Shown here piece by piece: positions 28,601 to 36,543 of a stretch of 64,000 bases of DNA. The notes under the pieces were generated by a model, which did not search any database, was not told where the DNA came from, and saw only the letters and a list, made by a program, of their open reading frames with translations. The DNA is from a virus, in the IMG/VR virus record IMGVR_UViG_3300027734_000045, positions 32,001-96,000 of that record. The stretch is one strand, 5' to 3'. Both the position numbers and the translations under genes were made by a program. Position 1 is the first letter of the stretch; every line of letters starts with the position of its first letter.

Positions 28601-31600
28601 AGGCCTACTATGGAGAAGGTGCCACCTGGAAGGACCTCGAAGACGACGAGATTCCAGAGGCCATCGAAGGCGGAGAACCCTCTTCATCAATCTATTCAGA
28701 CACCGAGAAAGCTGCGATGAATCGCAATATCGGCGACAGCGTAGTAGTAGTTGGTAAGAAGGGCAAGGAGAAGCCTGGAAAGATTATCGGCGTCGTACCT
28801 AGTTCTATCGGACAGTACATAGTAGAGCACGATGATGGAAGCACCTCTCTTCCTTGGTACTTTGACCTCAAGCCAGAAGGCGCAGAAACTCCTTCCGCTG
28901 ACAAAAAGCCTACAGAGGCCAGATTCAACGGCAAGATTGGCGACAGCGTAGTAGTAGTTGGTAAGAAGGGCAAGGAGAAGCCTGGAAAGATTATCGGCTA
29001 CGTACCTGGCTCAATCGGGCAGTACATCGTAGAACACGATGACGGAAGCTCCTCTCTTCCTTGGTACTTCGACATGAAGGCAGACGGCTTAGAAACTCCT
29101 TCCGCAGATGGAGAAGGTACTACAACCTCTCCAGCAGAAACTGAGAAACCTAAAAAGGGTAACCAGATTGGCGAACGTATCGTCGTGATTGGTAAGAAGG
29201 GCAAGGAGAAGCCTGGAAAGATTATCGGCTACGTACCTGGCTCAATCGGGCAGTACATCGTAGAACACGACGATGGAACAACATCTCTTCCTTGGTCCTA
29301 CGAAACTAAACCTGAAGGTGGAGAAACTAACCTAGGCTCAAGCGGCAGAAGCTCCGAGCAAGTGGCTAGAGACGCAGAAAACGCTAAGAAGACTGCGAAC
29401 GAGCTTGCCGCGGAGTGGAACAGCAAACCTTTCCCTATCGCAGACCCAGACAGTCTTGCCAGTGAAGAGTCTCTCACTAAGATGAGAAACATACTGCTAG
29501 ACGGCGCAACCAACTCTGATTACTTTGGTCCAGCGTTGAAGGCAATAGACGACCCAAATCTGTCAGGCACCGAGAAACTACAAAGAATCGCTGACGCGCT
29601 AACTGAACGTGGAGTTGGCTCTGATGGAAAAGGCGTCGACCTCCCTAATGCAAACCCTGGACTTCCTCTAAACGGAGACTACTCTGGAAGAGAAAAGGCC
29701 TTGTGGGCTAAGTCAAACATAACAAGGGCGCTAAATCTAAATGGAATTTTCTCTACCAAGGAAAAAGAAGCAGGAAAAGATAAGCTAAGTCCTAGGCTAC
29801 AAAAAATCGTTGACGCAGAGCTAAAGAAGCGCAGTGAAGGTGACGAGGGCAACGAAGGTACAGGTGGTGTCGACCCAAAAGTACCAAGCCCTAGTAAGCC
29901 AGGGGGAGGTGGCGCAGAGGCTAGTACCAGCGAAAACTCCTCGCCGGAGCTCACGTCAAAGGTAGAAGGAACAAACGCGCAGCTCACAAAGCGCTTTGCC
30001 TCTCGCGACGAACGAGACGCCTGGCTAAAAAGCATTCCTAAAGGAGCAGAGGCCGGAATTGCAATATCTATATCCAGCCCGACTGACTTTGATTTTTACA
30101 ACAAAAAGCGTGAACACTACGAAGTAAAAATCGACTTCGACACGCGCACCGAGGGGCTAGGCGTGCCTAAGGGGTTAGGCGCAGGTAGAAAGAAGGCTAT
30201 CGAGTGGGCCGAAAAGGAAGGATTCGATCTCTCTGAGGGAGAGCACAGCAGCGAATCCCTGGTTCCAAAGGTTAACGTTGACGACAAGATTACAATGTCC
30301 AACATTAGATTTGATGACAAGATCGACCAAGCCGAAAAGATTGAGGCTAAACTAAAGCCTGGAGAAGAAAAGGACTCAGCGAGACTTAGAATTAAGTTGG
30401 CTAGAGACAAGATTTCTAAGGCAAGAAAGGCTCGCCTAGACGGAGACCTCGAGGAAAGCGAAAAGCTAACTGAGGAGGCCTCGGCCGAGCTAACCGCGAT
30501 GGCTGAGGACATAGAAAAATACATGGTTAGCCCAAAAAGCCAAGACGCTAAGTATGGATTAAAGAACAAAGAGATACGAGAAGACGCAGCAAAGCTAGCC
30601 AAAGCAGTCGAAGCAGTTACGGCAAAAAGTAGAATAGCCTTTGCTGAAGAAAAAGAGGCTAAGTCGACTGAGTCTTCTGCATCTAGCTCAAGTACCATAA
30701 CAGGCGACAAGTACAAGAAACTTATCGACAACGCGTACGAAAAGTACGACCCGGGAGTAGCTCAGCACAGCTGGGACACAAAGGGAATTGGCGAGTCAAT
30801 CATGTCTCACCTTACCGGGATAGCTGACGACATCAAGTCAGGCAAGGAACTAGACGCCAAGGACGCCGCAAAGAAGATGCGTCAGCTTGCCTCGATGTAC
30901 AACGAACTTGCTGACGCAGCAACTGGCAGTGAGGGAGAAGATGGAGCTGAGTGGAGCACAGACGACTCCTCGATACAGGACCTTATCCAAGGTGCCCAAG
31001 AACTTGAGAAGCAGGCTGACCTGCTTGACCCTAAGGCGGTCGATAGCCCAAAAGCTGAAGCGCCTAGCGAACCTGACAGCGGTGAAACACAGGAGCCTAT
31101 TTCAGTAGACAGTGTACTTACAGATGGAAGTTTAGCCAGCAAAATTACAAAGAACGCAGACATGGACGCAGCTGAGCTCGAGCAGCTGAGCACCAGAATA
31201 GCTAAAGAGTTAGAGAACAATCCTCAACTAGCCGCGGTGCTAAAGCTTAGTGGAGATAGTCCTATTCTTAGCGCCCTTGAAGAACTAAACTCCTCTAATG
31301 GAGAGTCTTCACAAGGTTTAGAAGGCGACCTCAACGTTCTAAGAGACACCCTAGACTCTACAATAGAAGACAGCGAACTAATAGACTCGCTAACTAGGCT
31401 GCTAAAGAGCGTAGAAAAGAAAAACAACACCAAGAACCTAACTGGTTTTAAAAAGATTAGCGAGGCCAAGGGCTCTAACCCAGGTGGAATCTACGAGGAC
31501 CCTAAGACAGGCGAGCGCTTCTACGTAAAGTTCCCTAAGTCAACACTTCATGGCGAAAACGAGGCACTTGCCTCAGCCATCTACGAAGAGCTAGGTGTAC

Positions 31601-34600
31601 GCTCAGTCAAGGTCGAGCAGGGAGAACTTGATGGCAAGCCTGTCACCTACACCAGGATGATAGACGGCGCTAAGAGTGACCTAAAGGATAAGCTATCAGA
31701 CAAGTTCTACATGAAGCAGCTGCAGGAAGGCTTTGCGGTTGACGCTCTTCTTGCCAACTGGGACGTGGCCGGCCTAGAGTACGACAACGTGGTATCTGAC
31801 GCAGAGGGACTTCCTGTTCGCGTTGACCCAGGAGGCGCGCTTCTGTTCCGCGCTCAGGGAACTCCAAAGACAGACGACCAGTTCAATGAAAACGTACCCG
31901 AGCTGGACACCTTTACCGACAAGAACAGCTCGCGTCCTGCCGCCAAGATATTTAGCTCGATGACTGCAAGTGAAAAGTTGGACTCCGCGGTAAAGCTTAG
32001 TGACCTAGACGATGACGTTATCGATAACTTGGTGAATGAACACATCTCAGATGAAGCCGCGGCAGATAAGCTAAAGAAGCTCCTCAAGGCCCGTAGGGAC
32101 AACATCCTAAGCAAACTAGTATCATCTAAGGTATTCGAAGACGAGGCCTCTAAGCAAGGCGAGAGCAGCGAACCGGACGAGGAATTCCCGCCGTACGCCT
32201 ATGGCGAAAAGAAGTCGCACTCTGAAGGTGACCGAGTTGACGTGCTGTGGGACCCTAAAAATGGCGTAGAAATGACAGGCGAGGTCGTGTCTGGTCCAAC
32301 TGAAGACCAGATGTATAAGATTAGGCTCGATGACTCAAAGGTTAATGGCGACCAGGCTGGCAATGTAATAACTGCTAACATAGTGTCTCTTCGTCCAGAG
32401 CAGGCAAAGCCAAACTTTGATGAAGACGAGAAACCTGCTGCAGCTCCTGAGGTGAAGACCTCTACAGGCGAGCTAAAGCCTGGAGACAAGGTTGTCTACA
32501 AGGACGGCTCAACTGGAACTATCGTCAAGGCGGACAAGAACCCTAAGTACGTTCACGTTGCGATGGACAGCAAGGGTGGAAAGCTTCAAATCAAGGCTCT
32601 AAGCAAGTTGACCAAGGTCGAGAGTGCGCCAGACGAAAAGGCAGCGCCTGCTCTATCTCCATCTGGTAAGAAAATCGTTCCTAAACCTACTGCCAAGACT
32701 GTGCCAACGAAAACTGAGCCAGAGCCAGCAGCGGATGCAGACGCCACCTCCACTGGATTCACTAACTTCAAGGACGCGAACGGCGTCACTTGGTCATCGT
32801 CCATAACGCAGAAGTCCAATGGCGACACTGTAATTAAGTGGGATGGCACTAACGGAGAAACGTTCCCGGTCTACCTAGAGTTAGATAGCTTTGCTGGTAC
32901 TTGGAAGGTAATGAAAACTGACTGGGCAGGACATCCGTTTTTAGTAAAGGACACCTGGGACTCAGACAGCGCCGGGGCTCTTAACTTCGTGGCCAATGAA
33001 ATTAAAGGCGGCCAGGGCGCGACAGACGACCTTGGAGATGAGCCGTCTATAGTTCCACTGAAGCCAGTTGGCAACGACATGCTTGCGTTCAACGACGGCA
33101 ATGGAACAACCTATCCCGAGCTGCCTTCAGTAGTGCTGCTAAAGGACCCTGACTCTGCAGACTCTAACCCAAAGTATTGGATTCAAATTGAGCCTGCGGC
33201 AGACCAAAACTGGTCGCCATTTGAGGACCACATGAGCTCTCCCGCCACTCGTTCTCTTGCCGAGGCGATTAGCATAGTCAACTCTCATCTAAAGAATAAG
33301 GGAGTTACTAAGGAAAACGTCGATAGTCAAGTTGGAGACAAGGAAGTTGTAAAGTGGGACGTGTACGGTCCTGGTCTAGTGACAAGCAACGTGGACACCA
33401 AGGCCTTAGCTGAAACCGGATTGATGTCTCCAGTCGACCCGACTAAGCCGATGTTTAGGGTTAAAGAGACTCCTGAAGGGTCGCTGGACTTGGTAATAGT
33501 TCCGCCTGACACTAGCGGACTGGACTTAACTGCTATTACAGTTCCTGACTCTGAATCGCTTGACGTTGCCGTCTCGGAGGCTCTGGCTGCCGACTACAAG
33601 GAGACAAGCAACTATACGCCAAATGAAAAAGAGATTAACTGGATTCAGGCGCTTAGTGGAAACCACCTCAAGGACACGTCTAAGTGGGACGTAGATATGC
33701 TAAAGAATGCGTCATCAACTGGCACCGATGTAACTAAAAGTGGCAACGCTGGAGACGGCTACATCGTAGACTCTAAGCAGAGGCCAATAGGTAAGGGAGA
33801 ACTTGTAGTTCTGTCTGACGGTAGAACTGGAATATTAGCCCACGTAGGTCTTCCAGATGGAGAGATAAAGTACGACGCTCCTCAACCTACCGCGACAATT
33901 GTTTTTGCCGATGGAAGCACTGAAGCTGTAGACTCAGACAAGATTAGAGGTATTGGAAGATCTCTCTCGATGGGTTACAACGCAGGCAGTGAGCTAACTA
34001 GAATTAAGAGACGCTATGAGCTGCAGAACATGGAGAAGACAGGAGTGGACCTTACTCCTGAGCAAAAGGCCGCGGCGGCTTCTAAACCGTTCTTTACTGG
34101 TCGAATCGTGAAAGACGCGAAGGGGGAGGAAGGCTTTATCGTCGAGGATAAGGGAGACGGCTACTTCAAGGTCCAATTTGGCGATGGCCACATCAAGTCA
34201 AGAGCCGGAAGTAAGCTCACCGCGACCGATAAACAGGTTAGGGACTACAACGGTCTAATGTACACAGCTACCCACGTTAGAAAAGGATACGTCAAAGGCC
34301 TAATGAACTACGGGCAGACTGGCGGAGAGGGACTCGCAGTCCCGGTTCAACTTTCTGACCCGGGACAGAAGACCACTGCCGCTGGAGTTTCATACGGCAA
34401 CGTGAAGGTTACCAAGAACGCGCTTGGAGCTCAACAGGTTGTTGTCGACAACCCGTTGCCTCCAACTGAGTCCGGCTTTACCAGCATCCCATCTCTCTCA
34501 ACGGCCGTAGAGACAACGCTAAACCCTGACGACCCGCAGGCCGCTCTTAGAGGAGCCTCCGCAGCCTGGGACTCAGACTCAATTGAGGACCTAGACGTTA

Positions 34601-35865
34601 GATTCATGAGAGCAATCAACGAAAAGGGTGAGGACTCACTGTCCGCGAAGTTTAAGCTAACTGCCTGGGCTGGAGACGCGTTTATAAATGACCTAATGAA
34701 ACGCGCGGCAGAAGGCGACCAGAGCGTGACTATCACTGACGCGCTGCGCGTTCCAAAGCAGGTGATTAACTCCAACGGTGTTCTTTCATACGACCCATCT
34801 GAGCTTTCTGCAGCAGGCTTGACAGGAGCCGCGTATTCAAGCAGCGAAGGAACTACCGCCACGGTCACCTTAGACGATGGCACTAAGATTGTCTTTATGA
34901 GAGCTGATAACGCTACAAAGGCTAAGGGAGAAGGAGTCAACCTCTCGAGCGGCACCAACGTGATTGCCTTCCACAACAAGGTGCTGGTTCTCTTCCCAGA
35001 AGGAGCTAAGAACGACCCAGACGCAATCGCTAAGGTGCTGGCACAGGCTGGAGTCCGCGATTCCAGGCCGGCGACAGAAGCGGACGCTAAGACACTTATA
35101 GAAAACCGCCTAATCAGCATCTTTGCTGGAAAGACCAACCCGAAAACAAATCCAGGTGGCGCGACTAGAGCTACTCTCCTTGACGAGGTAAAGGCTAAGT
35201 TCGACATCGGACCGGAGGACGTGACCATGTCCACCGGCGGCGGCGGTAGAGTCGAGATGAGGCTGTCAGAAGAAAAGGCCAAGGCGCTTGCTAAAAAGAC
35301 AAACATCGCTCACTTCAAGCACACGTGGCACAGTACCGGTCAAATAGCCCAAAACATGGGAGAAAGCGACGAGGACTTTAGAGATAGAGTTGCAGACGCG
35401 GTAGCCGCTAAGCTGGCGACTCCTCAAGGCGGACTTCTTTCTACGACCACTCGCTGGACAGAGGGTATCCCGACGTCAGGAATGAGCAGCGCCTCTGACG
35501 TAAAAACAGGCGGTGGAGACTACGTGTTCTTGACCCCACAAGGCGCCTGGGCTGGCAAATCTGGAAGCTATTACAACGGAGCGCCTACCATCTACTTCTC
35601 TCCAGAGAAGCTCTTCCGTAGACTTGACTTCTGGGCGAACGCGACTGACAAGTATGGCGCTAGGTCCGAGAGCAAGACAGCCATGACCGACATGGTTCCT
35701 GGCTCCTACGAGGCCATGTTCAAGCAAAGAGTTAGCTTTGACGACCTAGACTCTCTACAAGTAAGAACAGATGCGCATAGGGATGCACTTATAAAGGCGC
35801 TTAAAAAGCGTGGAGTCTACGACTTTGGCGGAGTGCCAATTGAGCAAATAATACAGGTAAGCTAA
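22690..35865 (+). CDS. Giant (4391 aa) acidic multidomain head-region protein with kinase-like and C-terminal ADP-ribosyltransferase-like domains
   Basis: Uninterrupted 13-kb ORF between portal and protease; GTGA coupling; GSNPGG...YVK...NE...DALLANWD...DN...RVDPGG; H...GGLLS...DYVFL...YEAMF. Confidence 0.8.
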   Translation: MSIQNIVLPLSLRLRIAEIVSEKNNSVLAARQVPLTAAYVVARRAIALTASLDPSVEGYVAIKAVTAFTTLAIDGRTSLTASSGLDIYRDVLPIGHPEFSNAAVLPIKTLRAARAEWLAADPRIADEYRPLVASAFGATPGSLEQRHARARLDRVDSHSVPLDIVLAPLIAAARKIDIAALKARVADQLRDPHTGQWIEEGHFAMFDLKGPSGKIRKVFGQLVGGNDMLGYGEIHVTDDPDLGTGVVKVNKANITAVGGMLTDENLEKAGVDPQGKQRVYLNTDAQSLNDLAKTMDVAPSDWTWDANEDNSNGSKGAFISADGFKAVPVGEGGQNAKTFDIFDADDKPIETLQGEGWGNIQGGLQKIRQDMAKKVDAGKPATESTGTAQMIPAGKLQAGDKVDVAGKENTVVSVSKPYKYKVKPTDLKQTKSGYRNVVDVTLEDENGERVTKRWNPATEIQAIRPEGKEEAPAVEGEVEHGLSDTWTSVMNGALGKREQQLRDLEKSFPPDAAATAEMNELAAARARIKSGVVTEADLEKVKELLSQEDGADSLFTKPGSTISQIDKLLKYKFGKDGAPRSMSQESDDAGKTPIEPGQKVKGGVSDLLDDYDKELQKSGFDVGMRDGTWTSADGRLELSYEDDAWNVKFDGELAAKVTIWEEDENGKYYEPDDDSIYESIFDSLYGELTKDFTKEDYVDDMVSSGQRSIQEIKDLGKLPDESDEDFGARIKKLEDGLSSLESYIRSDDFKYLPDSMRTEAYGTYTPGTKASPMEQKLNSLLESARHAGYKSRELYLKDLFAKKKAEIDEASKATGPSPDAAAEGKVKAKNKAEAKGKMAEPATDAQKNYVKAMLKNPAVPDDVRSRIQADLDEQGDAINKNDIGLHIAELKNYPSKSLPTDKMYNSIQRELYARGASPEEVDKILADLPNMDKKQASDLIGSLKEKPDLAGEEATKNGFEETTNESDKYDGQRRWTKVEAGKRTTVLLNGDGWRVNHQSNVDPATGTWNDSQMQSIDHDSEKSSSADDVFKNAADTHETLGAKEELPIDESAVAADVAAEVKELSDKQKEPATDKQRAFVDSLLANPKVPADVKSDIESKLAAKPDMNKAEIGEIIGALKKLPGSDAPTSKMLNSVKRELIARGVPVNEANETRANLDGMSKSEVSDLISKLKSKDDAAGAQAAANGFVEATTPEDQAGGVRRFNLLGSDDELLAALTLDGEGFTVNRKDENGEDDELFLGRNLGSFERIANAAKAAQDLKNTDVTKTPGFDSESDREKKIATATYNRPGDSGTWMEGKTPDGQRGWSYYDADGNVTEVTENPDGSFTRRSSDAPEPVTFDSVDEAFSLDSKPSDTGSKMSDFQDDFDDIIEAVQGLDLSGDDESSDDTPASDLKNYVSNQVTQAEELIKKGDLLSAQASLALAAADANDSDVPGADELGDALNNAAKSIADIREAQKALGQGSGGGDEPPSTNAPSSAGDDDFENNVRDVSGDIMSIGEELDKNLKSSAINAIEEREVADGRTILKNAEDSMGQAQEALAAGDTETARKLIDQAASQLADASDVFENILDQSDEGKAVRKLGKSAGDLALKIRETLLDGQPRGGGSAGDRIFGKAGISDDRIMQAMEDVDDWVASEKGNEVSGWDNKVGNLDQMISSFNDEPEARMQKTAEALYELGRELEDNGYKDSANTLFDMSKALSDEFYGDSDEDEDETSTSGTAEYAPATDWTPAENGFNFTGGDEPGEVSAALAKKKKKVEDLIADGDYGGALDELFDGAASIPMSRAMEDDLSGSYDGIQDGDVFYQNADTIVYKTKDGRWRVYSKDETDGFIDTGEPATDQLADELLKEMMAPKSDWTQARFYDPRLNDLFHANNAPGPSGNPANHTSTPNYKISFDGLRMPDDWAGDLGLPEKGEEEEPYSDGELIDTWLKNNGLDELGVKWDPSSTETTFGGANVNFEIPEGAKDKFGEAYYGEGATWKDLEDDEIPEAIEGGEPSSSIYSDTEKAAMNRNIGDSVVVVGKKGKEKPGKIIGVVPSSIGQYIVEHDDGSTSLPWYFDLKPEGAETPSADKKPTEARFNGKIGDSVVVVGKKGKEKPGKIIGYVPGSIGQYIVEHDDGSSSLPWYFDMKADGLETPSADGEGTTTSPAETEKPKKGNQIGERIVVIGKKGKEKPGKIIGYVPGSIGQYIVEHDDGTTSLPWSYETKPEGGETNLGSSGRSSEQVARDAENAKKTANELAAEWNSKPFPIADPDSLASEESLTKMRNILLDGATNSDYFGPALKAIDDPNLSGTEKLQRIADALTERGVGSDGKGVDLPNANPGLPLNGDYSGREKALWAKSNITRALNLNGIFSTKEKEAGKDKLSPRLQKIVDAELKKRSEGDEGNEGTGGVDPKVPSPSKPGGGGAEASTSENSSPELTSKVEGTNAQLTKRFASRDERDAWLKSIPKGAEAGIAISISSPTDFDFYNKKREHYEVKIDFDTRTEGLGVPKGLGAGRKKAIEWAEKEGFDLSEGEHSSESLVPKVNVDDKITMSNIRFDDKIDQAEKIEAKLKPGEEKDSARLRIKLARDKISKARKARLDGDLEESEKLTEEASAELTAMAEDIEKYMVSPKSQDAKYGLKNKEIREDAAKLAKAVEAVTAKSRIAFAEEKEAKSTESSASSSSTITGDKYKKLIDNAYEKYDPGVAQHSWDTKGIGESIMSHLTGIADDIKSGKELDAKDAAKKMRQLASMYNELADAATGSEGEDGAEWSTDDSSIQDLIQGAQELEKQADLLDPKAVDSPKAEAPSEPDSGETQEPISVDSVLTDGSLASKITKNADMDAAELEQLSTRIAKELENNPQLAAVLKLSGDSPILSALEELNSSNGESSQGLEGDLNVLRDTLDSTIEDSELIDSLTRLLKSVEKKNNTKNLTGFKKISEAKGSNPGGIYEDPKTGERFYVKFPKSTLHGENEALASAIYEELGVRSVKVEQGELDGKPVTYTRMIDGAKSDLKDKLSDKFYMKQLQEGFAVDALLANWDVAGLEYDNVVSDAEGLPVRVDPGGALLFRAQGTPKTDDQFNENVPELDTFTDKNSSRPAAKIFSSMTASEKLDSAVKLSDLDDDVIDNLVNEHISDEAAADKLKKLLKARRDNILSKLVSSKVFEDEASKQGESSEPDEEFPPYAYGEKKSHSEGDRVDVLWDPKNGVEMTGEVVSGPTEDQMYKIRLDDSKVNGDQAGNVITANIVSLRPEQAKPNFDEDEKPAAAPEVKTSTGELKPGDKVVYKDGSTGTIVKADKNPKYVHVAMDSKGGKLQIKALSKLTKVESAPDEKAAPALSPSGKKIVPKPTAKTVPTKTEPEPAADADATSTGFTNFKDANGVTWSSSITQKSNGDTVIKWDGTNGETFPVYLELDSFAGTWKVMKTDWAGHPFLVKDTWDSDSAGALNFVANEIKGGQGATDDLGDEPSIVPLKPVGNDMLAFNDGNGTTYPELPSVVLLKDPDSADSNPKYWIQIEPAADQNWSPFEDHMSSPATRSLAEAISIVNSHLKNKGVTKENVDSQVGDKEVVKWDVYGPGLVTSNVDTKALAETGLMSPVDPTKPMFRVKETPEGSLDLVIVPPDTSGLDLTAITVPDSESLDVAVSEALAADYKETSNYTPNEKEINWIQALSGNHLKDTSKWDVDMLKNASSTGTDVTKSGNAGDGYIVDSKQRPIGKGELVVLSDGRTGILAHVGLPDGEIKYDAPQPTATIVFADGSTEAVDSDKIRGIGRSLSMGYNAGSELTRIKRRYELQNMEKTGVDLTPEQKAAAASKPFFTGRIVKDAKGEEGFIVEDKGDGYFKVQFGDGHIKSRAGSKLTATDKQVRDYNGLMYTATHVRKGYVKGLMNYGQTGGEGLAVPVQLSDPGQKTTAAGVSYGNVKVTKNALGAQQVVVDNPLPPTESGFTSIPSLSTAVETTLNPDDPQAALRGASAAWDSDSIEDLDVRFMRAINEKGEDSLSAKFKLTAWAGDAFINDLMKRAAEGDQSVTITDALRVPKQVINSNGVLSYDPSELSAAGLTGAAYSSSEGTTATVTLDDGTKIVFMRADNATKAKGEGVNLSSGTNVIAFHNKVLVLFPEGAKNDPDAIAKVLAQAGVRDSRPATEADAKTLIENRLISIFAGKTNPKTNPGGATRATLLDEVKAKFDIGPEDVTMSTGGGGRVEMRLSEEKAKALAKKTNIAHFKHTWHSTGQIAQNMGESDEDFRDRVADAVAAKLATPQGGLLSTTTRWTEGIPTSGMSSASDVKTGGGDYVFLTPQGAWAGKSGSYYNGAPTIYFSPEKLFRRLDFWANATDKYGARSESKTAMTDMVPGSYEAMFKQRVSFDDLDSLQVRTDAHRDALIKALKKRGVYDFGGVPIEQIIQVS
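28720..29320 (+). repeat. Three near-identical SH3/KOW-like repeats of about 50 aa in the giant protein
   Basis: IGDSVVVVGKKGKEKPGKIIG.VP.SIGQYIVEHDDG...LPW three times, conserved at DNA level. Confidence 0.9.
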
Positions 35866-35872
35866 GGTAGAG

Positions 35873-36535
35873 ATGATGCAAGGTAAGCCAATTTTTAGAA
35901 AAATAGACCGCGGTGGCGACAAAATCTACATGCAAGGACCGGCTGTCCTGCAGATAGGCAAGCCACGCCTAGACGAGATAACCGGCTACGTTCCCATTGT
36001 GTCCGTGCAGCTAAACTACGATAGGGTGTCAAAGGCCTACTCAGTGATGGCCTCGGGAGTCTACAGAGTTAGAGAGTACGAGCTAAAGTCTATAAATGAC
36101 TTTAAGTTTATGCCTACTCTCAATAAGATAACATTTGAGTTTCAAGGTACAATGTATACTGTACGACCGTTCAAAGACGAGGACGGCCACTGGGCTTCAA
36201 GCACAGAAGGTCCAGTTCCTTCAGACATACTAGAGGACATCCTGGTCAACAGCTTTAAGGCGGAAATTGGAGAAGAGAATCTGTTCATGAACGAATCATT
36301 AACGGCTCTTACAGACGAGACAACTGGCGAGGTTGTCTACCTGTTGTACACCGGAGCAAAGAAGACCTTCACGCGTAAAGGCGGAGAATGGCTTGAGCTT
36401 CACGACCCTAAGGGCGAGCTACTTGATGGACTAAACCTCTTTGACGTGGTTCCGGCCTTTGTAAAGTTCTATGACGAGAAGAACGGAAAGGTCTCTGAAA
36501 AGGACATCAATAAATTTGAAATGGAAATGAGCTAG
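35873..36535 (+). CDS. Hypothetical protein
   Basis: 220-aa ORF tightly packed between giant gene and protease. Confidence 0.8.
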   Translation: MMQGKPIFRKIDRGGDKIYMQGPAVLQIGKPRLDEITGYVPIVSVQLNYDRVSKAYSVMASGVYRVREYELKSINDFKFMPTLNKITFEFQGTMYTVRPFKDEDGHWASSTEGPVPSDILEDILVNSFKAEIGEENLFMNESLTALTDETTGEVVYLLYTGAKKTFTRKGGEWLELHDPKGELLDGLNLFDVVPAFVKFYDEKNGKVSEKDINKFEMEMS

Positions 36536-36543
36536 GACACGCC

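Noticed and set aside
23526-35727. Many minus-strand ORFs inside the giant gene, including 34431-35306 (291 aa)
   Set aside because: Ser/Leu/Phe-rich antisense shadows of an acidic coding strand; no motifs or RBS
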